Positions 53,118 to 64,000 of a DNA stretch of 64,000 nt are shown here, piece after piece. Within the stretch, counting starts at the first letter, position 1; each line of letters opens with the position of its first letter. The notes below the pieces were generated by a model. It was not told the DNA's origin, searched no databases, and saw nothing but the letters and a program-made list of their open reading frames with translations. A program made the position numbers and the translations under genes. This stretch comes from Azolla caroliniana (Eukaryota > Plantae > Polypodiophyta). Location of the stretch: positions 10,788,001 to 10,852,000 of the forward strand of contig JBHGNT010000001.1 of the NCBI GenBank assembly GCA_043228905.1. The letters run 5' to 3'.

Positions 53118-56100
53118 TGTCGCAAAGATTCGCATGCGCGTGTGCGTGCTTTGTGCGAGCGGGACCACCAGGACCACGAACCAGGGAGGACGTTCACGAA
53201 CTTGTCGAAAAGACGACGATGTGTATGTACGAGTTGAGGAAACCAATCTCACATTTGAAAAGAACAAAGATTTTTATACTCGAAAAGTAGATAAATAAGA
53301 AGAAGATAAATGTGAAGAAGAAGAATAGAAGCTTATATTATTGATGATGATGATGATGATATCACATATTGAGCCCCCCCTTACACAAGCCTTACGAGGG
53401 TTTTTATAAGTCTATCCATGCTTCTAACGTGCACAAAACCATGGGCTTGGAACCATGGTTTTGTGCACACGGTTTTACGGTTGTTTCCTATGCATTTTGA
53501 ATATAAAAAGAAACACTTGGTAGTCACCCTAGTGGTAAGATAAACATTTTTTATCTTGGAGGTGTAAGTTCAAATCTTGCTTGCACCACTCAAATGTCAC
53601 TTAGGCTAATGTTCATATTTATAAGCGTTTGTGTAATGTGCGTGGAATCACACTATTTCACAATTTCTCCCATTCGACATTTAACATCATGACATCCGCC
53701 CCCACCAAACCGCACATCCTCCGGCATGTGCCACGAAGAAAAGAGTGATGTGGCGGAGTCAAAGGTGGTTGGCCTTTGATTTCCTCCTTCCACGCCTCAC
53801 CCGCGTCATCATTTGTCCTCCATTTTGGGCACATGTATTCCTTCCACCCGAACCATCGTCGCCACCCGATCAACCATATCATTCGCTCGCCCTTCACATT
53901 GCCATGACCACTTGTCATAGCCGCTTTTGCTCCTCCTGGGCGTAACCCTTCATGCATTGTACATGTGTTGCCTTCTTCACCAATGCCACCCACTGGTCGA
54001 ACTCACGCCAACCTCATCCCTTCAATCTCTCGTAGCCATATGCCTCCAATAGAACCTCCTTGAACATCACCCACGAATCTTGAGCTTCTCGAAGCTCTTT
54101 TACCTTTTCGTAGATCGGTTTAGCCACCACCTGACAAAAGTACTCCAGCCTCATAGCTTCGTTCACACCTCTCGAATCCATCTCGGCATTGTAGGTTTCT
54201 AGAAAAATTTGGACTTTGCCCCTAAACCCTAAACCCTACCGCTCTTCATGGCGGGTTCACCAAAAGATGTCGCAAAGATTCCTGTGCGCGTGCTTCATGC
54301 GACCGGGACCGGGACCACGGACCAGGGAGGACATTCGCAAACTTGTAGAAAAGATGATGATGTGTATGTATGAGTCGAGGAAACCAATGTCACATTTGGA
54401 AAGAACAAAGATGTTTATAGAAGTAGATAAATAAGAAGAAGATAGATGTGAAGAAGAAGAATAGAAGCTTATAGTATTGATGATGATGATCTCCAAATTG
54501 ACCCCCCTTATACAAGCCCAACTAGAGGCTTTTATAGGTCTCTCCATGCTTGTGACATGCACAAAACCATGGGCTAAAACCATGTTTTGTGCACACAGTT
54601 TTGCTTATGACATGCACAAAACCATGGTTTTGTGCACACGGTTTTGTACGTTTGTTTCCTATGGAAACTGAATATTGCCGCGCTCGTGACCGGCCACAAC
54701 CGGTTACCTTTCGTATATTCATGTGCAAGAAGTAACAATCAAACAAAAAACTAAAGTATAGAATAACACAAAACAGAGAACACATAGATTTTACCGTGGA
54801 AACCCGAACTAGGAAAAACCACGTGGAGTCCACTTGCTCTGAAACAGATCACTATGATGACGAGGGGGGTACAATAAGAAACTCAGAGGAAACGACCGTG
54901 AGTTCTTCTTCGCTAACAAACAGCTATGGAGTTGCACTTACTCACGCTCTCCCTCTCTCACACATTCTGGCAGTTACAGAGACCACTACCCCATTCTACC
55001 TATCTCACCATAATGATACACATATAATGATTGCCCTAGATGCTTATATACTAGTACAACTTTCGGACTATTTACAAGTATGGCCCATAGAGGCTTATTT
55101 CGACTATTTATAGATATAGTCTCCCGAGTTCCTCATCAACTCAGCTCTTCTCTCTTCCCATCTAGAGGGACCTATTTCACAACAAATATGACAAGGAAAT
55201 ATACAAAATCTAAAGCACGTAGTAGTAGATTTAGTGGTAAGTTAATTGTCTCCTATCTTGGAGGTGCAAAGTTTAAATCTTACTTGCACCCCTCTATACG
55301 CACTCAATGCCATTAGGCCCTAGGTTTATTTATTATTGATTTATTTTCATTTTTACAAGTATTTGTGAAATGTGTGTGTATCCTCAGTTTTTGACTTTTT
55401 CTCGCACTAAACACACCACATCACGACATCCACCCCCTCTTAAAGCGACATTTCCCGCTCTCGAATATTCGGCCTTTATCTTGAACATCATTCTTCCATA
55501 AGCCAAGAAGTTGGGTTGTTCCACACCTTCTCTCGTGGTACTCTCATACCGAACTTGGGCCTTCGTATTGTTCGTATCATTACTCCACCTTTGTTGGGAG
55601 GTCTCTTCTTCCTTGATCACCATTTGAATTGGCTTTGGCTCCATTATAAGATTCTCTTTGACCTCGACTTGCACCTTTAAACTCTCAAATGCTTCTCTCA
55701 TCAAAGCTTCTATGTTGAGTGTTTTCGAATATTCTCTCTTTGAGATCTCTTCCTTCAGTGGTGGTGTGTTGCCACATCCCATCCTCCTTTGATCGTCCCT
55801 CGTGGACCATGATGTTGTTGCCGATGAGAATCTTGTCTTCCTCTTGTCATGTTGCCGGCATACTCTTTTGACTTCGGCCCAATTCTCAGTGAGGCCATTT
55901 ACTCCATCATCGTCCTCAAGGTTGATTCCAATTGCCTTCCTTTCCCTCCGATCAATTGACTTCACAAACAACAGGACCTTATCCACCGCCACCCATCTTT
56001 GTTCCCGCTATGAGAGTTGAGCAAAACGATGCTCAAACTCTAGGAATGTGTGCATGGCACTTTGCTGGGTCTTCATTGATGATACCCATTTGTCGAACTC

Positions 56101-56843
56101 GCACCAACCTCGTCCCTTCGGTTTCTAGTATCCGTATGCCTCCAATAGAGCTTCCTCGTCCATCTTCATCCTCCCTTGCCGCTCTTCACGTCGGGTTCAC
56201 CAATTGTGTTGCGAAGGTGCGTGTGCATGCGTGCTTCGCTTGAACGGGACCACTAGGGTCTTGGACCAAGCAGGATGTCTATCCAGTTATTGAGAAGAGG
56301 ACCATGTGAATGTAACATTTGAGGAAACAATGTTACATTTGAGAAGATCAGAAATTTGTACACTTGAGAAGAAGATAAACAACAAGAAAAAGAATATTAT
56401 ATTGATGGTGATGAGGATGATATCACATATTGAGCCCCCACTTACACAAGCCTTACGAGGGTTTTTATAGTTCTATCCATGCTTCTAACATGCACAAAAC
56501 CATGGGCTTGGACCCATGGTTTCTGGGCACACGGTTTTGATTGTGGCATGCACAAAACCATAGGCTTGGATCCATGGTTTGGTGCACACAGTTTTGTATA
56601 GTTGTTTCCTACGCCTTTTGAATATAAAAAGAAATACATAATATTTAAAGTACTTGGTAGTTGCCCTAGTGGTAAGCTAAATGTCTTCTACCTTGGAGGT
56701 GTAAGGTTCAAATCTTGCTTGCATCCCTCTATATGCGCTCGAATGTCACTTAGGCTAATTTTCATATTTATAATCGTTTGTGTAATGTGCGTGGAACCAC
56801 ACTATTTCACAATTTCTCCCATTGGACATGTAACATCACGACA
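53118..56843 (-). mobile_element. Three-LTR tandem TRIM-like element of the tRNA-Trp-primed family
   Basis: LTRs at 53118-53694, 54268-55428 and 56207-56843. Trp PBS at 54251-54262 and 56186-56202. PPTs at 53695 and 55429. Short internal regions contain gag remnants. Confidence 0.75.
54676..55184 (-). repeat. Copia solo LTR with AATAT TSD
   Basis: TG...CA ends; its end resembles 46970-46998; AATAT at 54671-54675 and 55185-55189. Confidence 0.8.
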
Positions 56844-57102
56844 TCGTCTTCGGCACGGTATATTTGAGTTGAATTCCCTTCGACTAATAGTACTCTTCAA
56901 ATTGCCCTTAGTATTCTCCTCCGTTACCCGCTCGAACTACTTTTAGCTTTCGGCCAGTTTCTCTTTTTGCCCTTGCTTGGAACTCCTTGAAGACAGATAG
57001 TACCTAGGCCTTCGTCTTCATAACAAAAGCCCACAACCTCCAGCTACAGTCATCTGAAGGTCACAAAATATTGTGAATCTGCATGTGACTTAGTGTCCAC
57101 AT

Positions 57103-58063
57103 TGTCGTGAGGATTTTTGACAACGGTGTGAAAATCATGTGGAAATGAGAAAACTGAAAAGGATTCACTTTCACGCTTCTTTCACTATTTTCTTCTCAGT
57201 GATTTATCCCACATATATATGCAGCTAATATGACTCTCTCTATATAAAGATTCACTTATCTCACATGTTTATATGATTATGTGTATGTATATGTGTGTAA
57301 TTGTCCAAAATTTTGTTCGGTTGACTACTGTTCGACTGAATCTTGTTTCGGCTTTCCGGTCGATTTTGGCCAACCGACTTTTTCTGACCAATTTTGGCAG
57401 TCGACTCCCATTACGGCTTTTTGGTCGATTTCGGCCAATCGACTCTTGTTTCGGCTTTCTGACCGATTTCGACCAGACGATTCTCCCACAAGGAGGGACA
57501 ATCTTACATAACACAATTGACTTACCACAAAGCCAAGTCATTTCTTTAAAAGTTGTATTTTCATAATTATACTTTTTCATATATAAATTCTCATACATGA
57601 GAGATTGCATGAGTGACATGGTTATCCTACATCACATGTAATGCATGAGTGCCAATTGGCAAACATGCATCACATGCATTACATGCATTGTATGCATGTC
57701 TTGCACCCTCACATGCATCATATATGATATGCATGGGGGCCTCTATAAAAGAGTGGAAAAAAGAAAAGAAAAAGGGGGAAGCAATCAATCAATTGATCAA
57801 GAAAGCTATGTACTGAATTAAAAAAGAAAACAATAAAAAAGAAAATCTAGTTATCTTATTAGTGATGTATCTTGTCTCTAAAAATTGAAATCAAGGGTTC
57901 AATCTCTATCTCAATCTCTCTCTCTCAATTTGTCTCATAATTGGAATCTTTGTATCTATCTTAAATACTTTCTCGCTAAAGCTAGTACAACCGTCGAATC
58001 CCTCCGATCCAGGACCCCGGTGGTCCCGCTTCATTTTGCGAACACGCGACGATTTCCTCGACA
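57103..58063 (+). repeat. Solo LTR related to the Trp-primed family, ACAT TSD
   Basis: TGTCGTGA...CTCGACA ends; 3' region CCAGGACCCCGGTGGTCCCGC resembles 36578-36600; ACAT on both sides. Confidence 0.75.
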
Positions 58064-58377
58064 ACATAGCATCATCCATATGCATGAGTTCCAGCAATGC
58101 CTTCTTTCTCATTAGGGGTCTTGATTGGAAGCAGGTTTTGCTCGGCTTGTCAGCTAAGCAATCGGTGCACTTATGAAGTTGCACATTCTTCACCTCCAGA
58201 ATGAGGTTATCCTCAGCAAGCTTTTGCATCCCCTTCTCACTCATGTGGCATAGCCTCTTGTGCCACAGCTCACCGGTTGTGGTAGGTGCCACATTTACTT
58301 CTTCCCGGCATAATCGAGCATGCAACAGATATATTCTATATGTCTTCCGAGATCGGGCCACGATCAGGTTTCCCTTG

Positions 58378-59244
58378 TGTTAGGAATATGTCCCTCCTAT
58401 GGGAGGAGCCGACAGTCGAAGACAAGGCGTAACCGATTGGTCGAGCCGAGAGCCAACAATCGAAGACAAGGAGTAGTCGACTGCTCGGACCGAGAGCCAA
58501 CAGTCGAAGACAAGGAGTAGCCGGACCGAGAGCCGATAGTCGAAGACAAGGAGGTCTTGACATAGAGAGTCGATAGTATACATGTGATCCAAGTCGAAGA
58601 CACGACTGACTAGTCAGGCCAACTGGAGGGTCGATGGCAAGGCCAACTGGTCGGACCGAGAGCCGATAGTCGAAGACAAGGAGGTTTAGACATAGAGAGT
58701 CGATAGTATACATGTGATATAAGTCGAAGACACGACCGACTAGTCGGGCCGATTGGACAATCGACACTAGAGTTAGCTAGTCGAATTGACTAGTCGATCA
58801 GTCGATTAATTAATTGCTATTATTATAAGTATAATAATAGAAGTGAGAGCAGTAGGAACTATATTTGTAAATAGCCCATAAGGTGTATAAGTATAAATAC
58901 ACTTAGGGCAAATATAGTATAGTAAGTGTAGAACAGAAAGAAGAGAATAGAATAGTAGTTTTCTATTGATGTGTGTATAGAGAGAAGAGAGGAGCGGTGC
59001 CATAGCTGTGTGAGCTTAGACGACAAGAGCCCTGCGTGGTTGAGACACTCTATATAGAGAGTGTGTTTTATATTGTCTCCTTTGTATTCTCCACTCTATA
59101 ATGGATCTTTGTTCCCGTGGTTATCCCCATTTAGGGTTTCCATGTAAAACTGTGTATTCTATGCATTTGTTGTTTTCTGTTTCCATGTTATTGTGTATTT
59201 CATAGTCGGTCTTCCTCATGAATCTCAGGGATCGATTCCCATCA
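58378..59244 (+). repeat. Probable Copia-type solo LTR with internal direct repeats
   Basis: Starts TGTTAGG and interrupts Copia pol; internal repeats of AGTCGAAGACAAGGAG; no clear TSD. Confidence 0.55.
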
Positions 59245-59379
59245 AACTTCATAGTGTCATTGTAGATGCTACCCATGTAGCCTTCATCATCTACCCGATC
59301 GACTGATATCATATTCAATCTAACCTTTGGAATGTGTCGCACATCTTTCAACACAAGTTTGCACCCGATTGAGTTAACT

Positions 59380-62300
59380 GAAAATCAGATAATAATCGAT
59401 TTTGGCTATAATTGTAAATAGCATCATTGTGCCCATGGTGGTTAGGGCAAGTAGTTAGTGTGTGGATGATCATTATTGTTGTACAAGTGATAGTTGGTTG
59501 TTGCCACTATAACTGAGTGAGTGAGAGTTGTAACTCTGTCATCGTCTGTTAGAAGAAGAAGAGCTCAATGTCGGTGCCTACGAGTCCCCTTGTATTCCTC
59601 TCTCTATATAGTGATTCGTTTCTTGGGTTTTGTGAACCCTGATGGTTTTTCCCTTTCGGGTTTTCCACGTTAAAACGGCATGTCTCTATATTTCTATTCC
59701 AAGTTGTCTATGTACTATCATTCATGATCTTTGCACCCATATTCATATAAGTGCCAACCTGTTGTGCCTGGTCGATTCTCAACAAACTAGTATCAGAGCG
59801 ATGGACGAACATTTTGGTGGAATGTTCAAGTTAACCAACTCCAACTGTTCAATGTGGAAGTCGAAGATGCAAGATATGCCCGTATGCAAAGATCTCTGGT
59901 TGTCAGTGCAATACGGCAAGACCAAGCTAAACAAGATAGATGCATCGACTTGGGAAGTCATGCATCTGAAGGCATCGACATATATATAAGGTGTTTTATA
60001 GACATGAGTCTATACAACAACTTTAACAAGGAGACAGATGCAGAAGTCCCGTGGAAGAAGATTGAGTTCATGTTTGAGAACAAGAACGCCATAAACAGAG
60101 TCTCAGTCTTGAGGAAGATTGTGAGACGTCGGTATCAGGATGGCTCCAGCATGGCGGAGCACCTGAACGCCTTCCAGGGACTAATCAAGCAGACCACCAC
60201 TTTGGAAGTACCTCTTGTTGATGAGGTATTAGCATTATTGTTGATGGGATCCCTTCCGGTTTAGGGTTTAGGGTGAACAAAATGAAGTCAACCTCGTCGG
60301 TGAAGAATCAACATGGGTGGTCGATTCAGGTGCGTCATACCACCTATCCCCCGACAGAGAATGCTTCTCATCGTATACAGTTGGTGACCATGGTTTTGTA
60401 AAGATGGGAAATGAAGGAGCATGCTGAATTGTCGGTATAGAAGATGTGTGTCTGGTGACATCGACCGGGTGCAGACTGGTACTGAGAGTTGTTCGACACA
60501 TTCCGAAAGTAAGATTGAATCTAATATCAGTTAGTCGGGTGGATGATGAAGGCTACACGGGTAGCATCCGGAACGGCGTCATGAAGGTCTGCAAAGAGAG
60601 CCTGATGGTGGCTCGAGCTCGGAAGACCAACACACTATATCTCATGCATGCTCGAATATGTCAAGAGGAAGCAAATGTGGCAGTCGATACAGTCAGTGAG
60701 TTGTGTCGCAAGAGGTTGCATCACATGAACGAGAAGGGGATGCGGAGACTTGCTGATGATAACCTCATTCCGGAGGTGAAGAATGTGCAACATGAGAAGT
60801 GCACCGATTGGTTGTCCGGCAAGCAGAACAGAACCGCTTTCCAAACTATGCCCCCGACAAGGAAGAGAATGTTGTTGGAACTCGTGCATACCGATGTATG
60901 CTACATAGACACTAAGTCACATGCTGGTTCACAATATTTTGTGACCTTCATTGATGATTCTGGTTAGAAGTTGTGGGCTTCTGTATTGAAGACGAAGAAC
61001 CAGGTGTTATCCATCTTCAAGGAGTTCCAAGCGAGAGTCGAGAGGGAGATTGGCCGGAAACTAAAAGCAATTCAAGCAGATAACGGAGGAGTGTACCAAG
61101 GGCAGTTTGAGAAATATTATTGGTTGAAGGGAATCCGGCTCAAATATACCATACCGAAAACGTCAGAACTCAACAAGTTGTTCGAGAGGATTATTCAGAC
61201 CATTATGGAGAGGGTCTGAAGCATGCTAGCACATGCCAAGTTGTCCAAGACATTCTGAGCGGAGGTGTTGATGACAACAGTGTATGTGCGAAATAAGTCA
61301 CCCTCAGCACCCTTGGACGATGATATTCCACAAAGGGTGTGGACCGGCAAAGACGTCTCGTACCAACATCTAAGGGTGTTTCGTTGTCTTGCCTACGTGC
61401 ATGTGGCTTAGAACCAAAGGGGAAAATTATATCCGAAATCTCGGCCATGCACATTTCTAGGGTACAGCGACGACGAATTCGGCTATTGACTATGGCCTTA
61501 GTCGATAGGAAGGTCATTCGGAGCCGAGATATCGTCTTCATGGAATAAAATACGATTGCCGATTGGGAGATGGAGAAGACAGGGTCGACATCCAAGAAGA
61601 CCGAGAATAGGCCTCTAGTTATCGATTTGAGCTGAGTTGACGATCGGTCGAACCGAACAGAAGTCGATCCGACGAAATCGGATACGAACCATTCAGCCGA
61701 ATAGATAATTGGCAAAATCGAGAGATGACTAAAAACAAGGGGAACCAGTCGAAAGAAGACAATCGGCCGAACGAGGATCCAATTTCGACTCGGATGAAGA
61801 CCCAACCGAAGATACCGAACAAGAACCGAATGCATCAAACGGAGGTCAAAGATACCCTCTACGAGAGAGAAGGCCCCCCCAGAGATTTCTGGATATAGAA
61901 TATGTGTTGTTAACCGATGAGGGGGAGCCAGAGAGCTTCGAGGAAGCAAAGAGGGACACCCACATCCGTAAGTGGTTAAGTGCCATGCAAGAGGAGATGG
62001 ATTCCTTGCATGAGAACCACACATACGAATTGACCATGTTGCCGAAAGGAAAGAGGGCACTCCAAAATAAGTGGGTATACAAGTTGAAGCCGGGAGAAAG
62101 CGGGAATCCACCCAGATACAAAGCTCGAATCGTCGTAAAAGGCTTTCAACAAAAGAAGGGTGTGGATTTCAACAAAATATTTACCCCGGTAGTAAAGATG
62201 ACGTCGATATGGACAGTGTTGAGCATGACACCCAACATGGACTTGGAGGTAGAGTAGTTAAATGTCAAGACTACCTTTTTGCATGGAGACCTAAAGGAAG

Positions 62301-62993
62301 AGATCTACATGCAGCAGTTGGTATGCGGACCAAGGAAGAGTTTATACAGACTGATGGTACCGAAAGTTTGAATCCTTCATGGTGGATCACGTTTTCAACA
62401 ACACACAAACCGATCATTGTGTTTTTGTTAAGAAATATGATCATGCAGAGACTTTCTCATCCTCCTATTGTATGTTGATGACATGTTAATTGTCGGATAG
62501 GACCCAGAGAAAATCGGAAGCGTGAAGAAGGCCATGAGCAAGTCGTTTAGAATGAACGATATATGTCTGGCAAAGTAGATTCTGGATATGCACATTGTTA
62601 AGAAGTTGTTATGGCTGTCACAAGAGAAATATGTGACAAAGGTGCTCCAGAGGTTCAACATGCAGAATGCAAAACCGGTCGGTTCAACATTACCGACAAA
62701 CAGTAACCTATTCGGAAGTCAATGTCCGAAGAAGAAAACAGAGAAGGCTTATATAAGCAAGGTCCCATACACCTCAGCAGTCAAAAGCCTGATGCATGCA
62801 CTAGTTTGCACCAGGCCGGACATTGCATATGCAGTCAAAGTTGTCAGCCGATATATGAGCAATCCTAGAAGAGAGCATTGGGCAATGATAAAGTGGATAC
62901 ACTAGTACCTGAGGGGCACCTCGAGTGTGTGTCTTCGATGATGTGGCTCAGATAACTGCGTAATGGAAGGCTTCATGGATTCTGATATGTCGG
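59380..62993 (+). mobile_element. Degenerate Ty1/Copia (Tnt1-like): partial 5' LTR, PBS and gag-pol
   Basis: LTR end AACA at 59784; PBS TAGTATCAGAGC at 59788-59799; ATG at 59801; gag, protease WVVDSGAS, integrase and RT (YKARIVVKGF, YVDDML). Many stops. Confidence 0.88.
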
Positions 62994-62994
62994 G

Positions 62995-63947
62995 TTGCAG
63001 CACGCTACGGTGTACCCAAAAAGTATTGTTTCTAACCACAAAAAATGTCAGTCCTTTCGATACTATTAGTACTAAATAGAAAAAAAAAAATCGATTTTGG
63101 GGAGTGGGGTGAGTGTAGTACAATTGACATTTAAGACAAGTTGTTTGGGGAATACGTTGTCATAGTGTATTTCGTACACTACGTGAAAAACGTATAAAAT
63201 AACCGATTGAATAAATATGAAGAAAAAGAAAGAAATATCAAAATATACATTACATGCAAAGGGCAAGATTCAAACGTTGTCCTTCCATGTTAATAATGTA
63301 AAGCCCTACCATTACACTAACACATCATAAGTGTTAGAAAAACAGATATCCCACATAAAAAGGTTTTTTCCACGCATATTTTCTAGGAAAAATGTTTAGT
63401 TAGAAGAAAAATGCATGATAGAAAAAAAAGTTACACATGCACATCTAGCGTGCATGAACACTACAGTCGATAAAAACTCATGAGGTTAGAAAAAGCATGA
63501 TCACTTTTAGAAGAATCATGTTAGAGAAAGCATATAGTCTATAGTTAGAGAAAAAGCATGGATTGCTAAGACTCTCTCATCACTATGTAAGGATGGGGAG
63601 CACAATGTAATAAGTGTGTGAAAATTTTGGAAATTGAATATATTTCTAAAACACCAATTAATGAATTATATTCGTGGGATTCACAAAATAAACTATACTC
63701 GTGGGATTCACGAGGTTGCTATATCTCTCTCTTTCAATCTAAATTCATATTCTTATCTTAATATTGATTAATCTAGTAAAATACATTATACTCGTGGGAT
63801 TCACGAGGTTTTACATCTCTTTCTTATAATCTACTCATATTCATAACTAGATTAGCCTCAAATTCTTCGTCCTCCTAGTCCAAAACCCCGGCAGTTCCCA
63901 CCCGACTCACGCAACGATCCAGCACCGAAAGGCACGACAACGTGACA
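62995..63947 (+). repeat. Probable LTR related to the Trp-primed family, interrupting the Copia RNase H start
   Basis: Ends CTAGTCCAAAACCCCGG...ACAACGTGACA, like the LTR end at 36631; short internal repeats of TCGTGGGATTCAC. Confidence 0.45.
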
Positions 63948-64000
63948 AGATGTTCTTTCCATTTTGGGGGCTATTTTCCCCTCACGTGGATTTGAACGTT

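Larger units (their letters stand above)
52870..59380 (-). mobile_element. Fragmented Copia pol (same clade as 41534-46998) broken by three nested inserts
   Basis: Colinear pieces 59245-59380, 58068-58377, 56844-57102 and 52870-53117 (LKDVRHIPKVRLN, LWHKRLCHMSEKG, NGLAERMDRT). Confidence 0.75.

Noticed and set aside
53519-53588. Functional tRNA gene
   Set aside because: Acceptor and anticodon stems do not pair convincingly; only A- and B-box-like motifs within LTRs.

Overview
Repeat-dense eukaryotic nuclear DNA, inferred to be from a land plant and probably a non-seed plant (spliceosomal introns, TTTAGGG motifs, Tcn1-like chromovirus, tRNA-Trp and tRNA-iMet primer sites). I recognise no ordinary host gene. 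The most notable part is 1-13850. It holds two diverged copies of a composite mobile unit in which a Sola-like DDD transposase (minus strand) lies head-to-head with a six-exon gene (plus strand, about 974 codons once spliced). That gene encodes a ParB/Srx-like domain fused to a bacterial-type beta-class amino (N6-A/N4-C) DNA methyltransferase, and its first intron carries a phased array of 25-bp palindromes (GAACTCGATACG-N-CGTATCGAGTTC). The rest is a nested retroelement pile: a Gypsy chromovirus, three LINEs (one full-length with a 17-bp TSD), several Tnt1-like Copia copies, gag-only tRNA-Trp-primed LTR elements, a three-LTR TRIM-like array with tRNA-like boxes in its LTRs, two tandem repeats (279 bp and about 184 bp), and two deletion junctions filled with telomeric repeats. 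All calls are by eye from motifs and internal alignments; no database searches were run.
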